A DNA stretch of 64,000 nt, taken from NCBI GenBank assembly GCA_963796285.1, contig CAWCKW010000006.1, forward strand, positions 32,001 through 96,000, given 5' to 3'. The translations under genes were made by a program, and so were the position numbers. Positions 1 to 10,963 of the stretch are shown here, one piece after another (position 1 is the stretch's first letter; every line of letters starts with the position of its first letter). This stretch comes from Nitrospirota bacterium. GTDB lineage: Bacteria; Nitrospirota; UBA9217. The notes beneath the pieces are model-generated. The model worked only from the letters and a program-made list of their open reading frames with translations, did not search any database and was not told the DNA's origin.

Positions 1-313
1 AGTTCAACGTGGTCTTCGGAATGCCCATAGGCGGCATCAGCGGGATCGTGAAGAGCCCGTATGGGTTCCACATCTTCAAACTTGAAGACGAAGCGGCGTG
101 CGGGCAGGGTCGGCCTTGACGAAGTTCTCGAAGGAGATAGCCGAGAAGCTGCGACGGAAAAAAGAGGACCAACGGTACAAACAATGGCTCACGGAGCTCC
201 GCTCGCGGACGAAGTTTGAGGTGAATTACCAGGCGCTTGAGCAGCGAGCCCCGTTAGAGGGGACAGGAGAGCACGCTGATTTGGTCTCTCGATCCGCAGC
301 CACTCCGCGTTAA
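1..313 (+). CDS. 3' end of PpiC/parvulin-type peptidyl-prolyl isomerase (partial, frameshifted)
   Basis: Frame from nt 3 reads FNVVFGMPIGGISGIVKSPYGFHIFKLE (parvulin S-P-Y-G-F-H-I motif). It continues in ORF 98..313 with a typical C-terminal helix, YKQWLTELRSRTKFEVN. Confidence 0.75.
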
Positions 314-491
314 CCTGAAAAAAGCATTTCGGCGGATGAAAATCAAAGAAAAGTTCAATTCGACAGGTCAACAACAATCCAAAGAAAAATCCGGTGTCGT
401 CCGGTCCTTATCCGATTTAATCAGTGTCAAAATACTTTTTTCAGGTTTTTAAAAGTGACGCGTCTGAAGCGATAAGCCGCAGAAACGGTTG

Positions 492-1567
492 TTATCGGGA
501 TGAACGCACGGCAGGATCGGCTTTCTCTGACGGCAAGAGCAGGAGCGTCCCGCGGTCATTCGTCAATATCCAGTTTTGTCTTGAACCGTTCCGATCCGGC
601 GTTGATGCTTTCGAGCACATCACGCGCTGCCTGGCCGGTCAGCACACGCGGCCGGTACTGCACCCGGTAGTTGTTCACATCCAGCGGCACGGCTTCTACC
701 CTCGCAAGGCTCTTGCCCTGAAACGTCAAAAGGAGTATCATGCTGGTGTTCGTGCGGTTGCTCTCTGACCCGAATACGAAGTTGCCGAGACTGTAGGCGA
801 TGAGTCGGCCTTGGTACACCTCGAGCTCCTGCAGCACATGCGGATGGTGTCCGAGCACGAGGTCAGCGCCCCAGTCAATGGCCTTGCGGCCCAGCTCGAC
901 CTGGTAGTCCTTGGCAGCGGTCATGAGTTCCGCTCCCCAGTGGAATGAGACCACGACCAGGTCCGCCGTGGGCCGTGCCTTTTCAATGTCGGACTTTCAC
1001 AAATTCCGCATACCCCGGCGCAGTGCCGGGCCTGCTTGCTGATGCGAAGAATTCGAGCGGAAAGGTGAGGGAATACGAGAGGAAGGCGATCGTCTTCCCC
1101 TTGATCTTCAGGACCGCCGGTGTGCGGGCGTCATCGAGGTCCATGCCTGCGCCGGTGTAGAGGATCTCGTGCTGGTCAAGGACCCCGAGGGTGTCTTTGA
1201 GCGCCAGCGGGCCGAAGTCCATCGAATGATTGTTCGCGAGCGAGACCACTCGGATGCCGGCATTCTTCAGCGCCAGTGCGGCGATCGGTCCGGCTCGGAG
1301 CGTGAACTTCTTGTTCTCCACAGCGGTGCCGCGGGTGGAGATCGAAGACTCAAGGTTGCCCACCACCACGTCTGCCCGGGAGAGAAACGGCATCACGTCG
1401 GTGAAAGGGTAGTCCGGGCCGAACTCCTTGAGAAATGGCTCGACCCTTCCGCCGAGCATCAGGTCGCCGACCGCGGCGATGGTGATCTCGTCCTGCACCG
1501 ACTGGTCAGCAGCAGCGGGGGAGACAACGGCAAGAAGAAGAGTGAACGTGACAACGAATATTTTCAT
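492..1567 (-). CDS. CapA (PGA_cap) family metallophosphoesterase-like protein, split by frameshifts
   Basis: ORFs 983..1567 and 556..954 carry AVGDLMLG, GNLES, LANNHSMDFG, SFHWG, GHHPHV and YSLGNFVF, plus a signal peptide. The 3' end at 492 assumes one further indel near 560. Confidence 0.85.
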
Positions 1568-1649
1568 AACAGGTGATGTGGATATTAATCAACTCGCCGC
1601 CAAAAGGCAACAGGAAAAGGCGGTAAAACTAAGAGCACGGAGTGGGGCC

Positions 1650-2589
1650 ATGAAGAAATATTTAGTGACATTCATTACTATGATCGGCATTCTTCTCACG
1701 AACACCATGCCGGGCATCGCGAGCGGTTCGGTGGTCGTGGACCGGGTGGTCGCGGTGGTGAACAACGAGGTCATCACCCTGAGCGACCTTCAGCGCGAGG
1801 AGGCCTTGAAGAAACGCGACACGGTGCACGACGACCGGCTGGTCCTCGAGGACATGATCGATCGAAAGCTCCAGATGGCTGCCGCGAAGCGCGAGGGCGT
1901 GGATGTGACGGATAAAGAGCTTGAAGACGCCGTTGCCGATATCATGAAACGGAACAGCATGGACATGATGCAATTCAGCGCTGGCGCTGGCCAAGGAGGG
2001 GCTCACCCTCGAACAATACAAGGCAGAGCTCCGGGAGCAGATCACGCTTTCGCGCCTGTTCAATAAATACGTTCGCTCCAGCGTGAACGTGGACGAGGCG
2101 GAGGCCCGTGCGTTTTATCGGAACAACCCGAAAACGTTCTCCCTGCCTGAGGAGATCCGGGTGCGGCGGATCTTCCTGGCAGTGCCGGAGCAAGCTTCGC
2201 CTGACCAGGCCGCGGCAATCAAGGAAAAAGCGCAGTCCGTGTATGCACGCGTGCAAAAAGGCGAGGATTTCATTCATCTCGTCCGCGAGGCCTCGCAGGG
2301 CGAGACTGCTTCACAGGACGGCGATCTGGGGTTCATGCAGCGGGAGGACGCCCTTCCCGAGATCGTGGAGGCGGCTCGCGCGCTCAAGCCGGGTGAAAGT
2401 TCAAGCCCGTTTCGTTGCGCCGGCGGCTACAATATCATCAAACTTGAAGAGGTGAGAACGCCGGTCAAGCCTTTTGAAAAGGTGAAGGACGAGATCATGA
2501 AGACCCTCTACGAACAGAAATTGGAGAATACCTACCGAATCTGGCTCCAGGCGCTCCGGGGCGATTCGCATATCGAGAACCGATTGTAA
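1650..2589 (+). CDS. SurA-like peptidyl-prolyl isomerase (frameshift near 1980)
   Basis: N-terminal DRVVAVVNNEVITLSDL (SurA N-domain), then a parvulin domain with GDLGF in ORF 2083..2589. Confidence 0.85.
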
Positions 2590-2709
2590 GCAAGCCGCAA
2601 AGGGCTGAGAGCATGGCGCAGAGCGTCTGGTGTAACTAATTCTGTTTTGCTGTCGCTCCGTGAGTTGTGCTCTCTGCCCTTTGCGCTCTGCGCGATGCTT
2701 CTCCCCATC

Positions 2710-3873
2710 ATGAAAACCGTAAAACTCAAAAAAAAAGAAGAACGCCGCATCCTGCGCGGACACCCCTGGGTGTTCAGCAACGAGCTCGATCGTTCTCCCG
2801 CTGAATGCACACCCGGCGAGATCGTCGATGTGTTGGACAACACGGGAAGGTTCATCGGCCGCGGCACAATAAATCCGCACTCCCTTATTGCAGTGCGCCT
2901 CCTCACGAGAAAACCGGAAGAGATCAACAGAGATTTTTTCAGAAAGCGGATCGCTGCTGCCCGCAGCCTTCGGACCATGCTCGGATTCGGCGATTCCTTT
3001 CGCGCTATCTTCAGCGAAGGAGATAATCTGCCGGGGCTCATTGTCGATAAATATGCTGACACGCTGGTGGTCCAGTCCTCGACCGCGGGGATCGACGGGA
3101 TGCTGAACGAGATCCTCGCCGCGCTGCAGGAAGAATACGCGCCGACGGCTATCGTGCTCAGGAACGACACGGCCTCGCGTGAGATCGAAGGCCTTGCCCG
3201 GGAAACGCGGGTGGTGCACGGAGCAATTTCCGGGCCGGTGACGTTCGAGGAGTCCGGCATAAAATACCGCGCTGACGTTCTCGAAGGACAGAAGACAGGG
3301 TTCTTTTTCGACCAGCGCGAGAACCGGCTGGCGCTCAAAGAGTATGTGCCGGGCAGGCGTACGCTCGACTGCTTCTGCTACGTGGGCGCCTGGGCGCTTT
3401 CGGCAGCGCGTTTCGGCGCAGCGGAGGTCATCGGCCTTGACTCATCGGAGAAGGCGATCGCATTGGCCACAGAAAACGCCGCATTGAACGGTCTTGCGGC
3501 GCAGTTTAAGAAGGCCGATGTTTTCGAGGAGCTCCGCGTCCTGGAAAAACAGCGGGAACGCTTCGGCTGCATCATCCTCGATCCGCCCGCGTTCGTAAAG
3601 AGCAGGGCAAAGGTGCGCGAAGCGTTAAAGGGCTACAAGGAGATCAACCTGCGCGCCATGAAACTGCTCGAGCCGGGCGGCGTGCTCGTGACCTGCTCCT
3701 GCTCCCATCATATCGATCAGGAACTGTTCCGGGAAATGCTGATCGACGCGGCATACTCAGCCGGTCGGCAGGCAAGGCTCCTGGAAATGCGCTCCCAGGC
3801 CAGGGACCATCCGGCCCTGCTCGCGGCCCGGGAAACGCAGTATCTGAAATGCGCGATTTTGAAAATGGATTGA
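2710..3873 (+). CDS. rlmI: RlmI/RlmK-type class I SAM-dependent rRNA methyltransferase
   Basis: GHPWVFSNE, FSEGDNLPGLIVDKY, GQKTGFFFDQRENR, DCFCYVGAW, ILDPPAF, TCSCS. Confidence 0.85.
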   Translation: MKTVKLKKKEERRILRGHPWVFSNELDRSPAECTPGEIVDVLDNTGRFIGRGTINPHSLIAVRLLTRKPEEINRDFFRKRIAAARSLRTMLGFGDSFRAIFSEGDNLPGLIVDKYADTLVVQSSTAGIDGMLNEILAALQEEYAPTAIVLRNDTASREIEGLARETRVVHGAISGPVTFEESGIKYRADVLEGQKTGFFFDQRENRLALKEYVPGRRTLDCFCYVGAWALSAARFGAAEVIGLDSSEKAIALATENAALNGLAAQFKKADVFEELRVLEKQRERFGCIILDPPAFVKSRAKVREALKGYKEINLRAMKLLEPGGVLVTCSCSHHIDQELFREMLIDAAYSAGRQARLLEMRSQARDHPALLAARETQYLKCAILKMD

Positions 3874-3906
3874 ATCAAATTCACCACACAATGGAATAGA
3901 ATTTTT

Positions 3907-4008
3907 ACCGCGAAGACGCGATGAACGCGAAGGCAGTCAACACCAACGGGATTTTAGCCTTCATTCAGACCTGTAAGAAATTCTTCGCGACCTTTGCGCC
4001 ATGGCGGT
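3907..4008. repeat. Inverted element of three 8-9-nt units (CGCGAAG-like) per arm
   Basis: accgcgaag-acgcgatg-aacgcgaag ... cttcgcgac-ctttgcgc-catggcggt. Confidence 0.6.
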
Positions 4009-4111
4009 TACTAAGGTTTTTATTCCGGACTTGTTCGCTCGGATTAGGTCTGTAGAGAAGAGATTTAGCTTGACGAACCAGCGTTCCCTGTGTTAAAAAG
4101 TATCCGTTCCC

Positions 4112-4186
4112 GGGCGATTAGCTCAGCGGGAGAGCACTGCCTTCACACGGCAGGGGTCGCAGGTTCAAACCCTGCATCGCCCACCA
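4112..4186 (+). tRNA. tRNA-Val(CAC)
   Basis: GGGCGAT acceptor stem pairs with ATCGCCC-A-CCA. Anticodon arm CTGCC-TTCACAC-GGCAG; T-loop GTTCAAAC. Confidence 0.97.
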
Positions 4187-4373
4187 TGACCTTTCAAGGA
4201 GTCAGCGGATAGCTTGCTGACTCTTTTTATATTCCCTCATTTTCTTCTCTTGCCATTTACAACTTACCGTAGTACCGTTTAGGAACGCAAAGCGCTCTGT
4301 TCCAGCGCGAACATCGAACCGTGAACAGTGAGCTTATCATTTAACGTATCCAATTTAGTATGAGGATGGAACC

Positions 4374-5183
4374 ATGTGCGACCTCTGCACCAAACACGGT
4401 GAAGGGAAGATCTGGTATAAGAATGCGAGAAATTATGCCGATGACCTCCTGTCAGACCTAGAACGCCGCAGTTATATCGAGAACTTCCTGACCACTGCGT
4501 TCAGCGAAGGATTCCAGACACTCGGGAGGCTTGAGACCATTTATCGAAAAAAAGGCAAGCTCCCTGAGGCGGTCAAGGCTGCCATGGTCAAGAAGGCAAA
4601 GGCGGAGCATTTCGGCCAGGTGCTGCCTATCGAGGAGATCAGCGAAGTGGTGCGCCGGTCCAGGACCGTAGTGCGAATGCCCTGTGCCTGCCGCTGGAAC
4701 ATCGGAAAGAAAGAGGAGCGCTGTTGCTACGCGGTCAGCTACGGTCCTGAGGCCTGGTACAAAGACATCGACATGGGTTATTTCGGAATGGCCTCGGATG
4801 AGGGCCTTGAGTCGCTCTCTCCGGACACGGCCATCGAGCAGATGAAGGCCATGGAGGCGAACGGATCGGTCCATACCATCTGGACCATGATGACACCGTT
4901 CATCGGAGCGATCTGCAACTGTTCACCTGATGAGTGCCTTGCCATGAGGACCCTGTCCCGGACCAGTGTCGAAACCATGGAGCGGGCCGAGTATGTGGCG
5001 AACGTGGATGAAGCGCTCTGCACCGGGTGCGGGCTGTGTGATGCGCCCTGTCACTTTCGCGCGATCGAGGGCGTGACCCGGAATGGCAGGTCACGTGCCC
5101 GCATTGATCCGCACAAGTGTTTTGGCTGCGGTCTGTGCCGCGGGGCATGCGTCGTCGGAGCGATCTCGCTGGTGCTGCGATAG
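4374..5183 (+). CDS. 4Fe-4S dicluster domain protein
   Basis: C-terminal CTGCGLCDAPC and CFGCGLCRGAC; additional CACR and ICNC..C motifs. Confidence 0.85.
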   Translation: MCDLCTKHGEGKIWYKNARNYADDLLSDLERRSYIENFLTTAFSEGFQTLGRLETIYRKKGKLPEAVKAAMVKKAKAEHFGQVLPIEEISEVVRRSRTVVRMPCACRWNIGKKEERCCYAVSYGPEAWYKDIDMGYFGMASDEGLESLSPDTAIEQMKAMEANGSVHTIWTMMTPFIGAICNCSPDECLAMRTLSRTSVETMERAEYVANVDEALCTGCGLCDAPCHFRAIEGVTRNGRSRARIDPHKCFGCGLCRGACVVGAISLVLR

Positions 5184-5205
5184 GTGAGAAGGGGAGAGAA
5201 ACAAT

Positions 5206-5240
5206 AAAAAAAGCAGGTCCTGAATGAACAGGACCTGCTT
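5206..5240 (-). terminator. Intrinsic terminator downstream of the csp gene
   Basis: 12-bp stem AAGCAGGTCCTG/CAGGACCTGCTT with an A-run on the + strand (U-tract on minus). Confidence 0.75.
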
Positions 5241-5259
5241 AATAGGCTAACGCGTAGGC

Positions 5260-5460
5260 TTAGAGCTTTACAACGTTGGCTGCCTTCGGGCCCTTGGGCG
5301 AGTCGACAACGTCGAACTGCACTTGCTGGCCTTCGGCCAACGACTTAAAGCCGCTGTCCTGAATGTCGCCGAAATGAACGAACACATCGCCGCCCTTTTC
5401 GCGGGTAATGAATCCAAATCCTTTGGAATCATTGAACCACTTTACTGTACCTGTTTCCAT
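5260..5460 (-). CDS. csp: Cold-shock protein
   Basis: [27 protein letters not shown]; 66 aa; strong RBS. Confidence 0.97.
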   Translation of the reverse strand: METGTVKWFNDSKGFGFITREKGGDVFVHFGDIQDSGFKSLAEGQQVQFDVVDSPKGPKAANVVKL

Positions 5461-5899
5461 GGTGAGCTACCTCCTTCTTTGGAATTGAAGCTCACGGAAA
5501 AGGCCAAAAAAATCCGCAAAGCCTAACGTACTTTGCGGTCACCCTACAAATACATCCGGAACTTCTGAGCGACATAATGACACTTCTGTACCGGGATGTC
5601 AAGAACTATTAATAATAAATAGAGGTCTCCCCCTGCTCGCGCGAAGAACGTCTGATTCAAGATCCAATCTTATAGCCTGTTGGGACCCATTGATATGCTG
5701 CCGAACTCGGCATTCAGGAGGTCTAGACTAAGCTTAGCCAATCGTGAGCTGCAACTAAGTTTCTTCTGAACAGGGTCAGATGTGGAATAAGTTCAACTGA
5801 CGGACGATTGTCGTAAGATTGGAGAGCGAACTGACAGAGCCAGGGATTTTGCAGCCCAAGCGAAGAAGGGATTAACCTTCTCATGGTCGCGGAAAGTGG

Positions 5900-6313
5900 C
5901 TATTGGTTTGTTTCTTTTTGGATGGATTCGAGCAGCGAAGCTATGATCTTATCAGGAGCCCGGGGCGCCACGTCGAGATCTGGCTGTTGAACGTGCTCCA
6001 GGATGTGCACTTCCTCTTCGGAGGACAGGACCACGAATTTTATGCCTGCCCGATATCGGTCTCCGCGCTGATTGCTCCAGACCAGCACGCCGAACTTCTG
6101 CCCTCCCACTGGTTCCTTGAAATGGACCAGGCCGGGCTCTATCCGTTCAGACAACTCTATCCCCACGCCAACCACGCTGATATCCACGATCCGGACAATG
6201 TGTTCTGTCCGCGTGGATTGGGCGAAACCAATGACATCCAGAGAATACGCTCGCGGTGAGGTAAGACGATACCGCTGGATCCCCCGTGTCATTTTTTTTT
6301 CATTCTCAGACAA
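5900..6313 (-). CDS. Hypothetical protein, PilZ-like beta-barrel
   Basis: DISVVGVG (D-x-S-x-x-G), VWS and RAGIKF segments resemble PilZ. The RxxxR motif is degenerate. Confidence 0.5.
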   Translation of the reverse strand: MSENEKKMTRGIQRYRLTSPRAYSLDVIGFAQSTRTEHIVRIVDISVVGVGIELSERIEPGLVHFKEPVGGQKFGVLVWSNQRGDRYRAGIKFVVLSSEEEVHILEHVQQPDLDVAPRAPDKIIASLLESIQKETNQ

Positions 6314-6498
6314 GAAAGAAATTCCTCCTCTACAGCGTGCACTGTCTGTCTGCTCCAGTTATATCAAAAAAATGATCAAGAGTGAAGGAAATAATGCAGC
6401 CTGTTCTTTTTTTTCAGCCCACGATGCCCGGTAATCCCCTTGACCCCGTCCCTTCAAATCGGTATTATAGTGCGCAGGTGTTGTATGCCGGCACTCCC

Positions 6499-7575
6499 AT
6501 GACAGTAGACAAAACCATATTCGGCCTCCGGTTCCGTTCGAACGAACGACTCCAGCCATCGCTCGAAGAACTCAGGAATTTCCTCGACAACCCTAAAAAG
6601 GCGGACAAGGGAAAGCTGCACAGCGACGACCTGGCAGCGTACCGCGATCTGCTTAAGGCCATCGAGTCCTTCGAACACGGCCAGCAGTGGGGCTTCCGCG
6701 ACAGAATGCTCTACAGCGTGCTCGGCCATTCCCACCTCGTCAAACCCGCGCTCAAATTGGCCGTGGAGCAGTATAAATTTCACGTGCACACCCTGTCAGA
6801 GCTCGACCTCAAAAAACCGTCCGCGTTCATCACATCGGCAGAAGACGAGATTGCAAGGCTCAATCCGAAAAAGAAAGATGAAGCTGCGCGAAAAGAACGG
6901 CTGTCGGGAATGGTTGAAGAGAGAAAACGGGCACTCAACGCTATGAAGAAGCACTGGCACGCGCTTGCTGAAGAGCTGGGGCACATCATCGAGTACGTCA
7001 GGGACAATCTCTCCAAGATCGAGAAGCTTTCCGAGGAGTCGATCGGCATCCTCGTGCATGAGCAGATCGGCAGAAAAAAAGAGGCCGTCATGATCGAGGA
7101 CATCAAGACGCAATTCAAAGAGCGCCTCCGGGAGTCCCTTCACCAGGGAACGATCACGAAGGAGCAGCTCGCGTCGGCACAGGAAGAGGTTGCCGGCCTC
7201 TCGAAACGGACCGCGGACCTCCTGCGGTCGGATGGTTACATGTTGGCGCAGCTGTACGAGGCCATCCACGATTACAGCAAAAAGATTTCTCGGGAGCTCG
7301 AGATCGTGATGGGCAAGATCGAACGTAAAAAACACACCAGCTATGATGAGGACCGGGAACTCTACATGCAGGCTGAAAAGATCCTGGTATCGCTCACCCA
7401 TGATTGTTATTTTGAGATACAGGCGTCTGACATCGGCACCGAGACAGAGCATAAAGAGATTCTCATCGAAAAAAGAAGGGAGATGCTCGATCACCTCTTT
7501 GACCTGCTGCGGAAAGGGCATCGTCCTAATCAGGACACCCCGCTGAAGTCGGGGCATGCCGGAAAAGCTTTTTGA
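6499..7575 (+). CDS. Hypothetical helical/coiled-coil protein
   Basis: Long intact ORF. A TTGACC-17-TATTAT promoter at 6440..6468 favours ATG 6499 over 6382. Confidence 0.7.
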   Translation: MTVDKTIFGLRFRSNERLQPSLEELRNFLDNPKKADKGKLHSDDLAAYRDLLKAIESFEHGQQWGFRDRMLYSVLGHSHLVKPALKLAVEQYKFHVHTLSELDLKKPSAFITSAEDEIARLNPKKKDEAARKERLSGMVEERKRALNAMKKHWHALAEELGHIIEYVRDNLSKIEKLSEESIGILVHEQIGRKKEAVMIEDIKTQFKERLRESLHQGTITKEQLASAQEEVAGLSKRTADLLRSDGYMLAQLYEAIHDYSKKISRELEIVMGKIERKKHTSYDEDRELYMQAEKILVSLTHDCYFEIQASDIGTETEHKEILIEKRREMLDHLFDLLRKGHRPNQDTPLKSGHAGKAF

Positions 7576-7854
7576 CGGGAGAACAGGTTAGAATCTGAGT
7601 TAAATATTTACACATGCTCTTAGATACAATACATCCTGCTATGTTATCGAAGGGGTAAGCCCTTTTTACCAGTTTTGAGAAAAATTTGGTTCTTAGGTAG
7701 GGTTATGATCACTATAACGCGAAGGGATTCTCGCATTTCTCTGCGTCTCTGCAAATGGCGTTTCGAACAGAACCTGCCCTGATCCTAACCACGGGCACCG
7801 GGAGGTCTGACCCTGCGGAATCCCGCAATATCCAATACCGACGCATGAAAGAGA

Positions 7855-8445
7855 ATGAACGCTATGGTGAATACATCAACGAACTACTCCGATGACAACG
7901 CGTTGCGCGAAGCGCTTGCCAACGTCAACGTGGACAGAAAGCTTCATGAGGTCTATGGTCTCTTTTACGGGTGCATGGCTGCGCCCAATGTTGCCGAGCC
8001 TGCGCAGTATCTGGCGATGATCTGCGATGGTGACCATACCGCCGCTGCATCAGCGGAAGAGGCCGCCGGCGTCCTGGACAATCTGATGTCTCTCTGGAAC
8101 TTCATTGCCCGATGGAAGCCTGACGAGGAGCCCTTTTACTTTCCCGACATGGCGTATCCGGCCACGACCCAGGGCCTGCAGCAGCGCATGGCCGACGATC
8201 TGTCGTTGATCAACTATTTCATCTCCGGGCTTAAACTTGGCGGAACAGAAGAGAATGATTTTGACGATGAAGCTGTTGACGCAATGCATGCCCTTGCGGA
8301 GGCGGCAACCCTGCTTCAGAAACAGATCGAATCCAAGAAAACATCCGACGTGAAGACAACGACAGAGCTGATTGATGACCTGGAAGATTTCATGGCCGAC
8401 AGCATCGCAAGGGTATCCATTGGACTGAAGGGTGCGAAACGCTGA
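7855..8445 (+). CDS. UPF0149/YecA-like protein
   Basis: EVYGLFYGCMAAP..EP..YL N-terminal pattern and acidic helical composition. Confidence 0.55.
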   Translation: MNAMVNTSTNYSDDNALREALANVNVDRKLHEVYGLFYGCMAAPNVAEPAQYLAMICDGDHTAAASAEEAAGVLDNLMSLWNFIARWKPDEEPFYFPDMAYPATTQGLQQRMADDLSLINYFISGLKLGGTEENDFDDEAVDAMHALAEAATLLQKQIESKKTSDVKTTTELIDDLEDFMADSIARVSIGLKGAKR

Positions 8446-8575
8446 CCCGCAATGAGCGCTTACTCAATGGTTTTTGATACGAATCATCTTGTTATTTGCT
8501 CAGGACGATTATGAACTGCTGGCAACGTTGTTTTAGACCGGACAATCAATATTCCAATCTCCTTTATGGGAGCAC

Positions 8576-8809
8576 ATGAGCATGACAGGATTGATCTCAA
8601 AAAGACCATTCATAGGCTTCGCGACAAGCATCCTCTTCAGTGCTCTGGGCATGCTCCTGATCCAGATCGACCCATCACCGGTCCCTTCAAAAGGCATGCT
8701 GTGGTTGTTCAGGGTCGTGGGATATTTCACGCTCTTTGTCGCTCTCGGGTCCCTGGTGAACGCCGTTTTTGCAGTGTGGGCACATAAGAGCGAAAAGAAT
8801 ATGAAATGA
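8576..8809 (+). CDS. Small membrane protein (2 TM)
   Basis: RBS GGGAG; two hydrophobic segments; stop directly precedes the next gene. Confidence 0.55.
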   Translation: MSMTGLISKRPFIGFATSILFSALGMLLIQIDPSPVPSKGMLWLFRVVGYFTLFVALGSLVNAVFAVWAHKSEKNMK

Positions 8810-8810
8810 G

Positions 8811-9665
8811 ATGGTGCCTGCAATGATTGCAATGATCACAACGGTGTATCACTCGTGTCGCAGGTGGGGACGTGCGGTGGTAACGGTGTTGTGCGTCCTG
8901 ACCCTTGGTTTGATGCTTGTTCCCCGCGTGTTCAGCGCAGAAGACCGAACGAGATCAGCCATCCCTCTGGCCGCCCAGGCATTCTTGCCGGGCGAAACAC
9001 TGACCTATGAGATCAGCTGGTCGAACATCGTCACGGCAGGGACCGCGGTCATGGAGGTCATAGGGGATAAGTTGCCAAACGGGCGGAAGGTTCTCCGGTT
9101 CATCGCATCGTCCCATTCCGTGGGTGTGGTGGACGCGATCTATCCGGTGAACGACAGGGTCGAGAGTCTCTTTGACCCTCAAATCATGCAAAGCCTCTCA
9201 TTCAACCTCAACGAGAGCCACGGCAAGAGAAAAAGACGACGTTCGCTGACCTTCGACCATACTGGCCGGACAGTTATCAGCAGGCTGAACAACGACCCGC
9301 CGCAGACGTTGACTATCCCGGACCCGGTGCAGGATGCCTTGTCATCGCTTTTCTACCTCCGGACGCGAAAAGATTTCACGATTGGCACGACCCACGTCAT
9401 CGAAGTCCATGACAGCGGCAAGAACTGGTCCGTCGAGGTCCATACCCTGGCGCGGGAGAAAGTGAAGACGCCTGCCGGGGTGTTCGATACGATCAAGGTC
9501 AAGACCTTTCCCAAGTACGAAGGGGTCTTTATGAACAAAGGGGAGATCTTTATCTGGCTCACTGATGACAGCCGGAAGATCCCGGTGCTCATGAAGAGCA
9601 CCATCGCTATCGGGTCCATCATGACCACGCTGACGGACATGAAACTGGGAGCAGTTGAGCACTGA
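8811..9665 (+). CDS. DUF3108 family protein
   Basis: PGETLTYEISW, DALSSLFYLR, TPAGVFDT, IWLTDDSRKIPV. Confidence 0.8.
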   Translation: MVPAMIAMITTVYHSCRRWGRAVVTVLCVLTLGLMLVPRVFSAEDRTRSAIPLAAQAFLPGETLTYEISWSNIVTAGTAVMEVIGDKLPNGRKVLRFIASSHSVGVVDAIYPVNDRVESLFDPQIMQSLSFNLNESHGKRKRRRSLTFDHTGRTVISRLNNDPPQTLTIPDPVQDALSSLFYLRTRKDFTIGTTHVIEVHDSGKNWSVEVHTLAREKVKTPAGVFDTIKVKTFPKYEGVFMNKGEIFIWLTDDSRKIPVLMKSTIAIGSIMTTLTDMKLGAVEH

Positions 9666-9869
9666 GGCGCCGCCAACGCCCATCTGGAGGCATACTACCG
9701 CTGGCACAAGATCGAGTGGGCCAGGAAGAGGACCCGGCCTCCGTCGATTCGATCTCCGGCGCGCGCGTACGCCGGCGCTGCCTCCATCATGATTCCTAAA
9801 CAGAGCACTGCTCAAATGGTACGCATTGTATTTCTCCTTTCCGATTTGGAGCTATTCAAGACAGGAAGA

Positions 9870-10415
9870 ATGGCCCTAAAAAAGCAACCATTTTTAAAGC
9901 GGAACTGCAGATCTCCGACATGGGCCGAAATTACTACCATGATCATGTGCTCACCATTGCACGCGACCCCTCGGAAAATGAATGAGCGTATGATGGTGCG
10001 CTTGCTGGCGTACGGCTTCATGCCCATGAAGCATTGAACGTTGCCAATGGGATGGGTATTGATGACGAACCTGATCTCTGGAAAAGGACCTGACCGGCGC
10101 GATCGACCTTTGGATCGAGGTTGGCCAACCCGATGAAAAAGAGGATCCGCAAGGCCTGCGGGCCGAGCAAAACAGGTAATCATGACAGCTATGGAGGCAA
10201 GAGCGTATCCGGGTGGCGGGAGCAAATCTGCGGCAAATAAGAACGGTCTGGAAATCTCACGATGATAACTGCCAGTAGCTGAGAGTTAAAACTGGAAAAG
10301 TCGTTTAGCGCAGTATGCAGATTCAATGTATGATAGAGGACGGGCAGATCTGGGTAGCTGATAAGAATAACACCGTGCATATAGATCTGTCCGTGGCAGC
10401 CTCCTGCTGCGTTGA
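9870..10415 (+). pseudogene. yaeQ: YaeQ family protein, heavily frameshifted (absent as a single ORF)
   Basis: Segments across frames read MALK/ATIFKAELQISDMGRNYYHDHVLTIARDPSE/NERMMVRLLAY/DDEPDLW/DLTGAIDLWIEVGQPDEK/RIRKACG/IQCMIEDGQIW. Confidence 0.8.
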
Positions 10416-10499
10416 AAAGCACTTCTAAGCTCGATGATGGATTAAATTCGTGGCGCTGACGGCTTCCACGCATACGAACAATAAAACGCGGATGTGATT

Positions 10500-10963
10500 A
10501 TGAAGATCAGGGTATTGAAAAGAGGTTTCTCCTTCGCTTTAGTGCTTTCTTTGCTGGTGTTGCCAGCTGTTTCAGGCGGCCAGGAACACCACGTGCATGA
10601 CACCGCAACAGCCCCGTAGGCCGGGCGACGATCCTCTCATCGAGGAGATGGTGCAGCTCGACGCCGTGTTCCGTGAGGTCGTGTCAGGTGTGTCTCTTGG
10701 AGACGGGGCGCGGGTTCACCGGGCGCTGGAGACCCTGCACAGCACTATGGAAAAGACCCTTGAGGGTGTGCACTGCGGAAGGTGAAATCCCGAAAAACTC
10801 TGGCCGGGTGAAGGAAATCGTGAATCTGGACAAGAAATTTCATACCAAACTGGACGCCCTTGCCCAGGCTGCGCGTAAAAACGACCAGCAGGCCGTGCTG
10901 AAGCTGACGAAGGAGCTCCTGGACGGCTGCGTGCAGTGCCACCGCATGTTCCGGAATCCCTAA
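10500..10963 (+). CDS. Periplasmic class II (cytochrome c'-like) cytochrome c, frameshifted
   Basis: Signal peptide from ATG 10500, helical body across three frames, C-terminal heme motif CVQCH. Confidence 0.65.
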
